Positions 49,559 to 60,331 of a stretch of 64,000 nucleotides of DNA are shown piece after piece. Both the position numbers and the translations under genes were made by a program. The DNA lies in the NCBI GenBank assembly GCA_037927135.1, contig JAXSPP010000009.1:1-64000 (forward strand). Direction: 5' to 3'. The notes under the pieces were generated by a model that was not told where the DNA came from, searched no databases, and worked only from the letters and a program-made list of their open reading frames with translations. Positions within the stretch are counted from its first letter, which is position 1. Each line of letters opens with the position of its first letter. Source of the DNA: Candidatus Pampinifervens sinense (GTDB taxonomy: Bacteria; Aquificota; Aquificia; Aquificales; Aquificaceae).

Positions 49559-50424
49559 GAGTGGGCTTTATAGGTTTAGGAAGCTTGGGCAAGGCCATAG
49601 CAAAAAGGCTTATAGAACAAGGTGTAGAGCTTATAGTTTGGAACAGAACAAAGGAAAAGGCTCTAGACCTCGGAGTTCCCATAGCTCAAAGCCCAAAGGA
49701 TCTCGTAGACAGGGTAGATAAAGTCTTTGTAATAGTCTTTGATTCTAAAGCATCGGAAGAAGTGATCTTTGGAGAAGAAGGCCTATCAAAAGGTGATATA
49801 AAGGGGAAGACCATCATAGATATGACCACAAACCATTACCTTTATGCAGGCCTAGCCTATGAAGAGCTAAAAAAGTTGGGTGCCTTTTACCTTGATGCTC
49901 CTATTTTGGGAAGCGTCATACCTGCCCAAAGGGGTGAGCTAACCATATTGGTTGGTGGAGACAAGGAGAAGTTTGAGGAAAATAGAGTCCTTTTTGAAAA
50001 GTTTTGTAAAAACATCTTCTATGTAGGTAGGGCTGGAGATGCTACAAAGTTAAAACTTATAAACAACATAGTGTTGGGTGGTTTTATGCAAGTGCTTTGT
50101 GAGGCTATAGGTATAGGAGAGAGGTGTGGCTTTGACAGGGATCTCATTATAAAGGTTTTAGAAAGTGGTGCTGGCAGATCCTACCTTCTTGAAGTCAAAA
50201 AGAAAAAGCTGTTGGAAAGGGATTACTCCGTCCACTTTTCCGTTGATCTGATTCACAAAGATCTGCATTATGCGGAGGATCTTATAAAGGATGTAGGAGC
50301 TTTTACCTTCAGTGTGCAAAATGTTAAAAACGCTTACGCTTTGGCTAAGTATTTAGGGATGGGGAGCGAGGACTTTTCAGTCCTCGCAGAGATCTACAGC
50401 AGGCTTACCACTCAAAATCCTTAA
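49555..50424 (+). CDS. 3-hydroxyisobutyrate/tartronate semialdehyde reductase family NAD(P)-dependent oxidoreductase
   Basis: [31 protein letters not shown]. Confidence 0.9.
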   Translation: MRVGFIGLGSLGKAIAKRLIEQGVELIVWNRTKEKALDLGVPIAQSPKDLVDRVDKVFVIVFDSKASEEVIFGEEGLSKGDIKGKTIIDMTTNHYLYAGLAYEELKKLGAFYLDAPILGSVIPAQRGELTILVGGDKEKFEENRVLFEKFCKNIFYVGRAGDATKLKLINNIVLGGFMQVLCEAIGIGERCGFDRDLIIKVLESGAGRSYLLEVKKKKLLERDYSVHFSVDLIHKDLHYAEDLIKDVGAFTFSVQNVKNAYALAKYLGMGSEDFSVLAEIYSRLTTQNP

Positions 50425-52114
50425 GATATTTAGCTCTTGCAGGATGTCTTAGCTTTCTTATGGCCTTTGTCTCAAGCTGGCGTATCCTCTCCCTTGTTAC
50501 GTTAAACATCTTGCCTATTTGCTCAAGGGTGTATTCTATGCCATCCACAAGACCGTAGCGGTACATAAGTATTTCCCTCTCCTTTTCTCCCAAGGTGTTG
50601 AGCACCTTGATAAGTTGCTCTCTTAAAAGCTTCCTTGCTACCTGCTCCTCCGGTGAAGGAACGCTCTTGTCCTCTATAAAGTCCTTAAGGTGGGTTTCCT
50701 CATCATCACCTATAGGTGTTTCAAGGGATATGGGCTCTTGCGATATGCGCATTACCTTCCTTGCCTTCTCTGGTGATATGCCAAGATACTTTGCTATCTC
50801 TTCTGGAGTAGGTTCTCTTCCAAGCTCTTGGAATAGCTTTTTATGCGCCTTGGTAATATCGTTTATCGTCTCTATCATGTGAACGGGTATACGGATGGTT
50901 CTTGCTTGGTCCGCTATTGCCCTTGTTATAGCTTGGCGTATCCACCAGGTGGCATAAGTGGAGAACTTATAACCCTTCCTGTAGTCATACTTATCCACAG
51001 CCTTCATAAGGCCTATGTTGCCCTCCTGTATGAGGTCTAAGAAATGAAGACCTCTATTTACATACTTCTTAGCTATAGAAACTACAAGCCTTAGGTTGCA
51101 CTTTACCATAACCTGCTTTGCTTGAGTGACCTTTGTCCTTCCCTCCTTTATTATCTGTATCACCCTCTGGAGTTCCTCTGGCAAAATGCCCATCTCCTTC
51201 CTTATCTCGTCAATATCCTTTTTCAAAGCCAAATATTCATCTCTTAATATTTGAAACTTAGCAAAGTCATAACCAGCTCTTTCGGCCTTTTCACGTAAGG
51301 AAGGATCCTTATCATACTCCCTTATAAGCTCCTCTATGTCCGGATGGATGCTTTCCAACTTTTTCTTTCTCAACTCAAACTCTTTGAGCTTTTTCGTGTA
51401 TTTGTTATAAAGGTTCAAGAGTTCATCCGCTATACGTTCAAACTTTGAATACTTAAGCTTCATATCCTTCAAAATCTTATTCATCCTTGCATGTCTTCTT
51501 AAATATTCCTTCTTGTATTCAGGTGTCCCGTAAAGCAGGTAAAGGTCTCTCCAGTAGAGGGCCTCTTTATAGGCCTTTGCCAGCTCCAAACCCTTTTCTA
51601 TAAAGTACCTTTCCAAATATTCATGGCTCTCTTCATATTCTTCCAAGGTCTTGCTGTCATCCACAGTATCCATAAGATCGGTAACCTTTATCTTACCATT
51701 ACACACCTCTCCCCACTCCTTGAGGACCCTATCTATCAGGAAGGAGGTCCTCAAAAGGCCCCTTCTCATAATCTTCCTTCCCATTTCTATTTGCTTGGCA
51801 TACTTTATCTCCTCCTCCCTTTTGAGAAGGGGTATCTTACCCATATCCTTAAGGTATAGCCTTACAGGATCACCGTCCTTTCCACTAAGAAGAAGGCTCT
51901 CTGTGGATACGGTTATGGCATCCTCTCTCTCCTCCTCTAAAGCCTCTTCACTATCCACTATCTTCACTCCCCGCTCTTGTAAAAAGTCCATGATCTCCTC
52001 ATAGAGCTCTGTGTCCACAAGCTCAGGGCCCAAAAGCTCATTGATCTCATCGTAAGTCACATAACCCTTCTCACTTATCTCCATAAGCTTTTTCATGAGC
52101 TGTTTGTAGATCAT
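50405..52114 (-). CDS. rpoD: Primary sigma factor sigma70
   Basis: Region 1.1, [55 protein letters not shown] before ATG 52114. Confidence 0.97.
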   Translation of the reverse strand: MIYKQLMKKLMEISEKGYVTYDEINELLGPELVDTELYEEIMDFLQERGVKIVDSEEALEEEREDAITVSTESLLLSGKDGDPVRLYLKDMGKIPLLKREEEIKYAKQIEMGRKIMRRGLLRTSFLIDRVLKEWGEVCNGKIKVTDLMDTVDDSKTLEEYEESHEYLERYFIEKGLELAKAYKEALYWRDLYLLYGTPEYKKEYLRRHARMNKILKDMKLKYSKFERIADELLNLYNKYTKKLKEFELRKKKLESIHPDIEELIREYDKDPSLREKAERAGYDFAKFQILRDEYLALKKDIDEIRKEMGILPEELQRVIQIIKEGRTKVTQAKQVMVKCNLRLVVSIAKKYVNRGLHFLDLIQEGNIGLMKAVDKYDYRKGYKFSTYATWWIRQAITRAIADQARTIRIPVHMIETINDITKAHKKLFQELGREPTPEEIAKYLGISPEKARKVMRISQEPISLETPIGDDEETHLKDFIEDKSVPSPEEQVARKLLREQLIKVLNTLGEKEREILMYRYGLVDGIEYTLEQIGKMFNVTRERIRQLETKAIRKLRHPARAKYLKDFEW

Positions 52115-52204
52115 GTAGAAAACCTCCTGTAAAGGGGGTCTTTCTCTTTTACACACACCTCCATAACCTTTTTAAATATATCTACCTCTTCTCAAAGTTG
52201 CAAG

Positions 52205-52723
52205 CTATTCAATTACAGTAAAAAGGTCTTCCAAACTCCTCCTTGGTGTTGGTATGGGTTCTTCCGCTGGATAGCCTACGGTAAGAATGGCCACTGGCTT
52301 CCAATCTTTTGGTGCAGAAAGACATGCCTTTAGGCCATTTTCCTCAAAGGCACCCACCCAACATGTGCCAAGGCCCAAAGCTACTGCGGCAAGCTGGGCA
52401 TAGGCACAGGCTATTGTGGCATCCTGAATGCAATAGAGCTCCGCACCCCTCTTACCATACTTTATGGCACTTCTCTTTGGATTGGCAAAAAAGACAAAGA
52501 CGGCGGGAGCCTCCGCTATGAACCATTGGTTTAAAGCCCAACGGGCTATTTCAATCCTCTTTGCCCTATCAAGCACCAAAAAGACCTCATAGGCCTGCAG
52601 GTCTCCGGCGGAGGGTGCGCTCCTTATGGCCTCCATTATCTTCAGAAGCTTTTCTTTCTCCACAGGCTTTTCCAAATACCTCCTTATAGAATGCCTTTTT
52701 TCCAAAACCTCAAAGAACTCCAT
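52205..52723 (-). CDS. Nitroreductase family protein
   Basis: KRHSIRRY, APSAGDLQ, LGLGTCWVG. Confidence 0.92.
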   Translation of the reverse strand: MEFFEVLEKRHSIRRYLEKPVEKEKLLKIMEAIRSAPSAGDLQAYEVFLVLDRAKRIEIARWALNQWFIAEAPAVFVFFANPKRSAIKYGKRGAELYCIQDATIACAYAQLAAVALGLGTCWVGAFEENGLKACLSAPKDWKPVAILTVGYPAEEPIPTPRRSLEDLFTVIE

Positions 52724-53342
52724 CCTTTAAAAGCTCCTCCACTTCTTCATCTTCCACCTGGCGAAAATCCTTATAGAACATACCTACAGCAAAGCTTCCC
52801 CCTTTTGCCACATGATAGCACAGAACCTCTGCATAAGATCTTAGCTTTTCTAAAGTCTCTATAGGGCACACTGGCACAGCCACTATAACCTTCCTTGCCC
52901 CTTTCCTTTTAAGATATTCAACGCCAGCTATCATGGTCTGTCCTGTTGCTATCCCATCGTCCACCACCAGCACCACCTTCCCTTCCACCTCTAAGGCCTT
53001 GCCCTTTAAAAACCTCTCCTCCCTTTCCCTTATCTTCTTTAACTCCTCCTTAGCTATCCTCCTTATCTCCTCCTCCGAGATCTTAAAATAATCCACTATC
53101 CACCGGTCCGTGTATATGTGTCCATCTGGGTCTATGGCACCAAAGGCCAGCTCTGGGTTTGATGGAACACCTAGCTTTCTAACTATAAGGAGGCTTAGCG
53201 GTGCTTTCAAAATTTTTGCCACTTCCTTTGCCACCACCACACCACCCCTTGGAATTCCAAGCACAAGATCCACACTCCCCACCTTATCCTTTATAAACTC
53301 ACCCAAAAGCTCTCCAGCCTTTTTCCTGTCTTCAAAAAGCAT
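52710..53342 (-). CDS. Phosphoribosyltransferase family protein
   Basis: FEDRKKAG, GIPRGGV, VVDDGIATG, AVPV. Confidence 0.9.
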   Translation of the reverse strand: MLFEDRKKAGELLGEFIKDKVGSVDLVLGIPRGGVVVAKEVAKILKAPLSLLIVRKLGVPSNPELAFGAIDPDGHIYTDRWIVDYFKISEEEIRRIAKEELKKIREREERFLKGKALEVEGKVVLVVDDGIATGQTMIAGVEYLKRKGARKVIVAVPVCPIETLEKLRSYAEVLCYHVAKGGSFAVGMFYKDFRQVEDEEVEELLKDGVL

Positions 53343-53373
53343 AAAATAAAAAGTTAAAAGAATTTACACCTTT

Positions 53374-54033
53374 TTACAACTCCAATCTTCCATCTTTTAA
53401 CCTGTATATGCGATCAAAGTAGGGTTTTAACTCTTCGTTGTGAGTAGCTACTAAAAGAGTAAGGCCCTTTTCCTCCTTTAGCCTAACAAACAGTTCAAAT
53501 ATCCTTTTGGACTCAACCAAGTCTAAATTTCCCGTAGGCTCATCCGCCAAAAGAAGCTTAGGGTTTAGCATAAGGGCCCTGCCTATAGCTACCCTTTGCT
53601 GTTCCCCACCGGATAGCTGACTTGGCTTATGTTTTAACCTGTGATCAAGCCTCAAATACTCTAAAATCTCCAAGGCCCTTTCCTTAGGTCTCTCTATCCC
53701 TGCTAGCTCTCCAACGATGGTAAGATTCTCCAAAACGTTAAAGTCTTCCAGAAGATAGTAAAACTGGAAAACAAAGCCTATGTAGCTTTGTCTTAGCTTA
53801 GCAAGATCATCTTCACCAAGATGGGCCAAACTCTGGCCAAAAAGGTATATATCACCTTTTGTGGGCCTTTCCAGTCCAGCCACAAGGTGTAGAAAGGTGC
53901 TCTTGCCAGAGCCAGAGGGCCCCATAAGGCCTACCATTTCCCCCTCATAAACCTCAATGCTCACACCCTTTAAGGCCTCCACACCCTTTTCATACACCTT
54001 CCAAAGGTTCTGTGTGTATAGAACCTTATTCAT
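53374..54033 (-). CDS. lolD: Lipoprotein-releasing ABC transporter ATPase
   Basis: GPSGSGKST, LSGGEQQRVAIGRAL, ADEPTGNLD. Confidence 0.85.
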   Translation of the reverse strand: MNKVLYTQNLWKVYEKGVEALKGVSIEVYEGEMVGLMGPSGSGKSTFLHLVAGLERPTKGDIYLFGQSLAHLGEDDLAKLRQSYIGFVFQFYYLLEDFNVLENLTIVGELAGIERPKERALEILEYLRLDHRLKHKPSQLSGGEQQRVAIGRALMLNPKLLLADEPTGNLDLVESKRIFELFVRLKEEKGLTLLVATHNEELKPYFDRIYRLKDGRLEL

Positions 54034-55192
54034 TCCTCAAGACTTCCACTATGCTTTCCCTGCTTGCCCTGTATGCTGGCAAAAGGCTAGAGAGTAAGGA
54101 GAGTATGATCGCTCCTGCCAAGGTGAATATCACATCCCTCATCTCAAAGTATACGGGCACATGATCCATCATATAAACATCTGCTGGCACCCTTATAAGC
54201 CTATACTCGTTTATAAGATGGGCTCCCACAAGGGAGAGCAAAAGGCCTATAAGCGTTCCAAAGGCTCCAAGGAAAAGCCCTTGGAATAAAAAGATGAGTA
54301 AAACCTGTCTCCTTCTTAGCCCAAAGGTCCTCAGTATAGCTATATCCCTTATCTTCTCCTTTATCTTCATAAACAAAAGGCTGGTTATGTTGAAAGAAGC
54401 TATAACTATCATAAGCATAAGCACAAAAAATATACCTACCTTTTCCACCTGCAAAGCGTTAAAGAGGGGTTTGTTGAGGTCTATCCAAGAGCGCACTATG
54501 GCCTCATTGCCTAGGACCTTTTCAATCCTTTCCCTTACCTCCTGTGCCTTGTACGGATCTCTCAGGTATACCTCGTAGCCCAAAAGCTGGTAAGATTGTC
54601 CAAAAAAGTCTTCTGCCACATCCATCTCCATGACTATAGTGGCATAATCCTGCTCAAAGGTACCCTTTTGAAAAAGGTCATCTACAAGAAAGCTCCTAAC
54701 CTTAGGCAAAAAGCCTAAAGGTGTATGCTGACCCATGGGAGAGATAAGGAGTAGCTCTTCACCCTTTTTTATTCCCAAAAGGTCTGCCAAACCACTCCCA
54801 ACTGCCACACCACCCCTCAACCTCACACCGTATATCTTATGGGCATCATCCTTTCTTAAGGCCTTTACGCTTACGCTGTAAACTCTCCCATCCCTTGAAA
54901 CAAGGCCCTGATACAGAACTACTGAATATACACTTTTCACACCTTCCACGTTCCTTAGCTCTTTTTCAACCCTTTCAAATTCATCTTGATTTAAAAGGCT
55001 GACTATTATGTGAGGTGAAACGGAAAGTATCTTCTCCTTTAGCTCGTGTTGAAAGCCAGCAAAAACACCCATGGTAAGGAGAAGGGCACAAACACCTAAA
55101 GAGACACCAAGAAGGGCTATAAAAGAAACCAGCTTTGTAGAACCTTTCCCCGATATTAGGTATCTTAAGGCTATCTTAAGGATAGTTCTCAT
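54026..55192 (-). CDS. Lipoprotein-releasing ABC transporter permease (LolC/E)
   Basis: IALRYL, GVSLGV, IVIASFNI, IAILRTFG, LLPAYRA. Confidence 0.88.
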   Translation of the reverse strand: MRTILKIALRYLISGKGSTKLVSFIALLGVSLGVCALLLTMGVFAGFQHELKEKILSVSPHIIVSLLNQDEFERVEKELRNVEGVKSVYSVVLYQGLVSRDGRVYSVSVKALRKDDAHKIYGVRLRGGVAVGSGLADLLGIKKGEELLLISPMGQHTPLGFLPKVRSFLVDDLFQKGTFEQDYATIVMEMDVAEDFFGQSYQLLGYEVYLRDPYKAQEVRERIEKVLGNEAIVRSWIDLNKPLFNALQVEKVGIFFVLMLMIVIASFNITSLLFMKIKEKIRDIAILRTFGLRRRQVLLIFLFQGLFLGAFGTLIGLLLSLVGAHLINEYRLIRVPADVYMMDHVPVYFEMRDVIFTLAGAIILSLLSSLLPAYRASRESIVEVLRNE

Positions 55193-55890
55193 AGGGACTT
55201 TATCTGATCCAATATCTCCCTTTGCCTTCTCATAACATACTGTCTTATCTTCTTTCTTTGACTTTCTTCCATGTCCAGTTTAAAGCCCAATCTGATGTAA
55301 ATATCCCCCTGTGTTCCTATTATGTTATTATGTTTTTTTAGCTCACCCTTTGTTCTAACCGTCCCCTCCCTTGGAAGCTCAATCTCTATATCAAAAGGTG
55401 TATGTATCCTTTGTATATCCGATACTATCTGAGAGAGAAGATCTATAAGCCTGCCTGCCTCTTCCTGATTTACCAAAACGCCCACACCCGACTCACTTAT
55501 ATCAACCGCCTTCACCTTTACCACACAATCTTCCGATATGCAAAAGGATACATACACAGGCTCCTTTTCTGTAGGCTGTACCCTTATAAATTCCCTTAAA
55601 ACTATAGGTGGTGCAGGAACGGGAGAGTCAGCCTCCAGCACTAGCTCATCCCTTATATTGCTAAAGACCTTACAAAGAATGAACAGCTCTCCTACCTTTA
55701 TGTACACTTGGCTTCTGTCGGAAAAAAGATGTTTAAACTTGCAGTTTTTGACATCAAAGCTTATAAACCTTTCCAACGGGGAAACCCATTTTACCTTTAG
55801 CTTCAACCTTATGGGAATCTCCTTCCAAGAGGTTATTACCTCACACTCTCTTCCACTCTTTATGTCTCCTAGTATTTCTGTGAGGCTCAT
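55189..55890 (-). CDS. PilZ-domain (c-di-GMP-binding) protein, YcgR/flagellar-brake-like layout
   Basis: REFIR (RxxxR) and DISESG (DxSxxG) motifs. Confidence 0.82.
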   Translation of the reverse strand: MSLTEILGDIKSGRECEVITSWKEIPIRLKLKVKWVSPLERFISFDVKNCKFKHLFSDRSQVYIKVGELFILCKVFSNIRDELVLEADSPVPAPPIVLREFIRVQPTEKEPVYVSFCISEDCVVKVKAVDISESGVGVLVNQEEAGRLIDLLSQIVSDIQRIHTPFDIEIELPREGTVRTKGELKKHNNIIGTQGDIYIRLGFKLDMEESQRKKIRQYVMRRQREILDQIKSL

Positions 55891-56840
55891 GGTTTTATTA
55901 TACCTTCCTCCGTTATTATGGCTGTTATGTTCTCTGGCGGCGTGATATCAAAGGCAAGGTGTAAAGCGGGAGAATCCTTGGGGGCTATAGGAACACCCTT
56001 GCAAAGCTTTACTTCCTCTTGGCTCCTTTCCTCCAACTTTATGCTCTCCTCTCCTTCAATGCTCATATCAAAGGTGGACTTTGGTGCGACAACGTAGAAG
56101 GGGATGCCATGGACTTTAGCCAGCACCGATAGGGTATAGGTGCCTATCTTATTGGCCACATAATAGTCTCTCGTTATCCTATCCGCACCCACTATAACAC
56201 AGTCCACAAGACCTTTCTTCATCAGAAAGCCAGCTGTAGAGTCTGTTATTATCTTGTGTGGTATACCTTCCTTTGCAAGCTCCCAAGCTGTAAGCCTTGA
56301 ACCCTGAAGGTACGGCCTTGTCTCATCCACCCAAACAAAGATATCCTTTTTAGCGTAGTGTGCAGACCTTATTACACCTAAGGCCGTTCCCCACCCTGCT
56401 GTGGCAAGCGCTCCAGTGTTGCAATGGGTAAGTATCCTTGCACCTTTAGGTATAAGCTGTTGACCTATCTCACCCATCTTCCTATTTGCCCTATAGTCCT
56501 CTTCCTCTATGGCTCTGGCTTCAGCCTCCAGATCCTTTCCCTCTTCCAAGGCCCTTTTCATCCTGTCTAAAGCCCAAAAGAGATTATAGGCTGTTGGTCT
56601 TGTGTTCTTTAGAGTTTGGTAGACAAGGGTAGGGTCTTCACCAGACCTTACTCCAAGAAGAAAGCCGTAGGCTGCCACACAGCCTATGGCCGGCGCTCCC
56701 CTCACTACCATATCCTTAATAGCCTTTGCCACATCCTTATAGTTATCTAGCTTCAACCACACTTCCCTTTCTGGGAGTTCTCTCTGATCCAAAAGCAAGA
56801 GCGCATCACCTTGCCAGATAAAGGCCCTTACCTCTTCCAT
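55887..56840 (-). CDS. mtnA: S-methyl-5-thioribose-1-phosphate isomerase
   Basis: LDQRELP, MVVRGAPAIG, RPTAYNL, THCNTGALAT, ETRPYLQGSRLT, GADRI, NKIGT. Confidence 0.95.
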   Translation of the reverse strand: MEEVRAFIWQGDALLLLDQRELPEREVWLKLDNYKDVAKAIKDMVVRGAPAIGCVAAYGFLLGVRSGEDPTLVYQTLKNTRPTAYNLFWALDRMKRALEEGKDLEAEARAIEEEDYRANRKMGEIGQQLIPKGARILTHCNTGALATAGWGTALGVIRSAHYAKKDIFVWVDETRPYLQGSRLTAWELAKEGIPHKIITDSTAGFLMKKGLVDCVIVGADRITRDYYVANKIGTYTLSVLAKVHGIPFYVVAPKSTFDMSIEGEESIKLEERSQEEVKLCKGVPIAPKDSPALHLAFDITPPENITAIITEEGIIKP

Positions 56841-56882
56841 GTAGGACTATTTTAAAGCAATGTTATATAATATTTTCCAGTA

Positions 56883-56900
56883 TATGCTGAGTGAGAAATT
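56883..56900 (+). mobile_element. Isolated degenerate copy of the IS terminal repeat seen at 109-126
   Basis: TATGCTGAGTGAGAAATT vs TACGCTGGGTGAGAAATT (16/18). Confidence 0.45.
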
Positions 56901-56956
56901 CATTCTTCGTAGTGGCAAGTTTTAAACCGTGTGTATGATAAAATTACATACGTAGC

Positions 56957-58293
56957 ATGAACATTACACTTCTCATTGTGCTTGCTCTTTTAAGCCTTAT
57001 GCCAAACCTTTCCAAGTATCCTTTTAAAGGAGAAGAATCGCTCCGCACTATCGTAGCTTTTGAAATGTGGTATTCAAAAAGCTATTTCCAGCCTACTTTT
57101 CTTGGCGAGCCATATTTCAATAAACCTCCCCTCTTCAACTGGCTTATAATAGCTTACTCCCATACCTTCCCGTGGAGTGAGATAACAGGAAGGGCTGTAA
57201 GCTTGACTTTTCTATTTTTAACCACCTTAGCCGTAGGCCTTTTTTCTTATAACTTATTTAAGAAGGTTAATCTATCTCTCCTTTCTTCCTTAATATTCCT
57301 CACCTTTGGCAACGTGCTTTTCTTTTATGGATACTTGGCGGAGATTGATATAACCTTTACCTTTTTTGTCTTTGGTGGTATGATTTCCCTTTACCTTTGG
57401 CAAAGGGCGCCTTTTCTTGGGCCATCCTGTCTGGCATTATCTTTGGCCTTTCTGCCCTTCTCAAGGGCCTTCCTGCCTACGCCTTCCTTACGCTTTCCCT
57501 CCTTGCCTTTGCCATATACAACAGGAACCTAAAAGCCTTATTAAATAAAGGGACGGTGCTTATCTACCTTATTTCCCTCCTTATTCCCTTGCTTTGGCTA
57601 CTTCAAACTCCAGAACCTCTTGAATATTTAAAGAATCTTTGGAGAGAATCCTTTAGCAGGGTGGAAGGGGATTTTTCAAGGCTAAAGCATATGCTTATCT
57701 ACCCTCTGATTAACTTTAAGGACCTTTTGCCATGGAGCCTTATCTTTCTCCTTTCTTTATACTCCCTAAGAAGAGAGTTAAACCTTCCTTCTGAGATAAA
57801 ACTCCTACCTCTTCTTTTCTTTATAAACTACATACCCTACTGGATTTCCCATTCGGCGGGAAGGTATATACTGCCACTCTATCCCATACTGGCCCTTATC
57901 TTTTCTTACTACATCCATCAAGCCATGCAAAAGGAGGCTATCAAAAGATTAGTCCTTGGCTTGTTGATAATCACCATAGCCTTAAGGTTTGTTTATGGCT
58001 TTGTCTTTTTTAGCTATGAAGAAAACAGACCAAACTCAAGGAAGGGAATAGCCAAAGACATGGCTACCCTTATAGACTTAAGAAAGGGTATAGCCTGTGA
58101 ATGCCCGGAAGAAAAATCCATATGCCTATACTTGGGAATATGGAAGGGTGAGCCGCTAAAAAGGCTAAGCAAAAACCCCACGGCGGATTACATCATAAGT
58201 TGCAATAAAAGCTTAGGTAGGATTATCAAAGAGTATGACCTAAGTGGTAGAAAGGTATACCTTGAGGCATCCTCTGGTGGTTTAAATTATTAA
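56957..58293 (+). pseudogene. ArnT/PMT (GT-C, family 39-like) glycosyltransferase, frameshifted near 57402-57407
   Basis: GEE..R..VAFEM, GEPYFNKPPLFNW in ORF1; LKG, LPW, RYILPLYP in ORF2. Adding one base at CAAAGGG joins them. Confidence 0.8.
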
Positions 58294-58296
58294 AAC

Positions 58297-59343
58297 ATGG
58301 ATATAAAGCCGGAAGAGGTCTACACTTTAGAAAAGAGAATTCTGGTGGATATTAGAAGTCCATCCGAATACGAGGAGTTTCATATACCGGGAGCCATTAA
58401 CATACCCATCTTTGAAGATGAGGAAAAGAGGCTAATAGGTCTTGTGTATAGGAGCGAAGGGGTAGAAAAGGCAAAAGAGCTTGGCTATGAAATAGCTTGG
58501 AAAAAGCTACAAAGCCTTCTTGAAAGGTTTAAAAGCCTCAAAAGGGATTATAAAAATGTGATAGTCTATTGTTGGAGGGGAGGGCTAAGGAGTCAAGAGC
58601 TTTGCAAAGTGCTAAGGTCTATGGGTATTGAGGTTCTAAGACTTGAAGGGGGCTACAGGGCCTACAGGGAGTTTATCCTAAAGGACATGGAAAGACTCTT
58701 GGAGGGTAAAACCTTTTTGGTGCTCACAGGCAAAACCGGAGTGGGCAAAACAAGGCTTCTTAGAAGGCTAAAGGAGGAGGGCTACCCTGTTGTAGACCTT
58801 GAGGACCTCGCCCAAGATAGGGGGTCTGTCTTTGGAAAGGTGGGCATAAAGAAGAGGGTAAGCCAAAAGATGTTTGATGCACTGCTATATGAGGAGCTAA
58901 GAAGGATAAACTCTGAGCTTTTGATAGTGGAGGATGAGAGTAGGGTGATAGGAAACATACAGCTTCTGGAAGCCTTTTGGCAAAAAAAGGAAGGGGGTAT
59001 ATTTATAGAGATAGAAACAAGCCTTGAAAGAAGGCTAAAAAACATCATAGAAGAATACACTGCCTTTGAGGGCTGGCAGGAGGAGGTAGAAAGAGCCTTA
59101 GGTAAGATAAGAAAATACCTTGGGGAGGAGAAATACAGAAGGGCCTTGAGCATGCTAAAGGAAGGAAGAATAGAAGAGCTTGCCATCTTTCTGATGACCG
59201 AATACTACGACAGGACCTATAGAGTTAGCAAAAGCGTCTTTTTAAGGCTTTACTGTTCCAATGAGGAGGAGTGCTTGAATAAGATAAAAGAGGTATACTC
59301 AAGTCTTCTTAAGGAAGGGGTAATTTCTAAGCTTGGCGGGTAG
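58297..59343 (+). CDS. mnmH: tRNA 2-selenouridine synthase
   Basis: Rhodanese DIRSPSEY, YCWRGGLRS, GGYRAYR; P-loop GKTGVGKT; EDESRVIG; YYD. Confidence 0.93.
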   Translation: MDIKPEEVYTLEKRILVDIRSPSEYEEFHIPGAINIPIFEDEEKRLIGLVYRSEGVEKAKELGYEIAWKKLQSLLERFKSLKRDYKNVIVYCWRGGLRSQELCKVLRSMGIEVLRLEGGYRAYREFILKDMERLLEGKTFLVLTGKTGVGKTRLLRRLKEEGYPVVDLEDLAQDRGSVFGKVGIKKRVSQKMFDALLYEELRRINSELLIVEDESRVIGNIQLLEAFWQKKEGGIFIEIETSLERRLKNIIEEYTAFEGWQEEVERALGKIRKYLGEEKYRRALSMLKEGRIEELAIFLMTEYYDRTYRVSKSVFLRLYCSNEEECLNKIKEVYSSLLKEGVISKLGG

Positions 59344-60318
59344 CCTTCTATTTCTTACTTCAAGCTCCACCTCAAGGCCCTCTTGCCTAAAATTGACATC
59401 CACGAAGCACAAGGCTATGCCCTTTTGAAGGATAGGAGAAAAGGTGCCGCTGCTCACATACCCTATGGGCTTACCTTCGTAAAAGACCCTATAGCCTTCT
59501 CTTGGCACACCCCTCTGTAATAGCTCCAAACCAAAGAGCCTTCTCTTTATTTCCTTTTTTAAAAGCTCCTCTTTGCCCAAAAAATCTTTTTCAAGGCTTA
59601 CATACCTGTCCAAGTTTGCCTCAAAGGGTGTTATATCTTCAGAGATCTCATGACCATACAAGGGCATGCCAGCCTCAATCCTTAGCACATCCCTTGCACC
59701 AAGCCCGCAAGGAGTGCAAACCTTTACCAGTCTTTCAAAAAGATCAATCCCTTTAGAGATATCCGCATACACCTCAAAGCCATCCTCTCCCGTATAGCCC
59801 GTCCTTGATACGATGATGCCGTCAAAGACCTCAAAGTGGTAATACCTTATGCTTTCCACTGGAAAGAACTCCTTTAGCACTTCCACAGCCCTTGGGCCCT
59901 GAAGGGCAAACTGCACAGTCTTATGACTTATATCCTCCACCTTAATCCCTTCTTCTTTAAACCATTCGCACACCTTCTCCTTATTTACCGCATTCACACA
60001 AAGGAAAAACTCATCCTCAGAGAGCCTGTATATAGTTATATCATCCCTTATGCCACCCCTTTGATTCATAAGTAGGTTGTATTGGACCCTTTTGGGCTTT
60101 AGCTTTGCCACGTTCCTTGAAGTGATATATTCAAGCTTTTCAAGGCTGTCTTTTATCAAAAGCCTTCCCATGTGGGATATGTCAAAGATGCCACAATCTT
60201 CCCTTACAGAAAGCACTTCCTTAGAAATGGATGAATACTCTACTGGCATCTCCCAGCCTGCAAACTCTGTAAACTTGGCTCCGAGGCTTTTGTGCAGATG
60301 GTATAAGGGCGTCTTCAT
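59299..60318 (-). CDS. gcvT: Glycine cleavage aminomethyltransferase T
   Basis: KTPLY, FAGWEMP, FDISHMG, SRTGYTGEDGFE, GLGARDVLRIEAG. Confidence 0.96.
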   Translation of the reverse strand: MKTPLYHLHKSLGAKFTEFAGWEMPVEYSSISKEVLSVREDCGIFDISHMGRLLIKDSLEKLEYITSRNVAKLKPKRVQYNLLMNQRGGIRDDITIYRLSEDEFFLCVNAVNKEKVCEWFKEEGIKVEDISHKTVQFALQGPRAVEVLKEFFPVESIRYYHFEVFDGIIVSRTGYTGEDGFEVYADISKGIDLFERLVKVCTPCGLGARDVLRIEAGMPLYGHEISEDITPFEANLDRYVSLEKDFLGKEELLKKEIKRRLFGLELLQRGVPREGYRVFYEGKPIGYVSSGTFSPILQKGIALCFVDVNFRQEGLEVELEVRNRRLPAKLRNYPFLKKT

Positions 60319-60319
60319 A

Positions 60320-60331
60320 TTAAAATTTTAA
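60320..60331. promoter_or_regulatory. Palindromic bidirectional -10 element between gcvT and lptF/G
   Basis: TTAAAATTTTAA gives TAAAAT on both strands within a 16-bp spacer between two ATGs. Confidence 0.6.

Noticed and set aside
56885-56926. 13-aa ORF MLSEKFILRSGKF
   Set aside because: Starts inside the IS-like repeat; better explained as a by-product of the scar.
57400-57410. Programmed -1 frameshift at AAAGGGC
   Set aside because: The heptamer is not phased as X XXY YYZ in the upstream frame (codons CAA AGG GCG) and no stimulatory structure is obvious.
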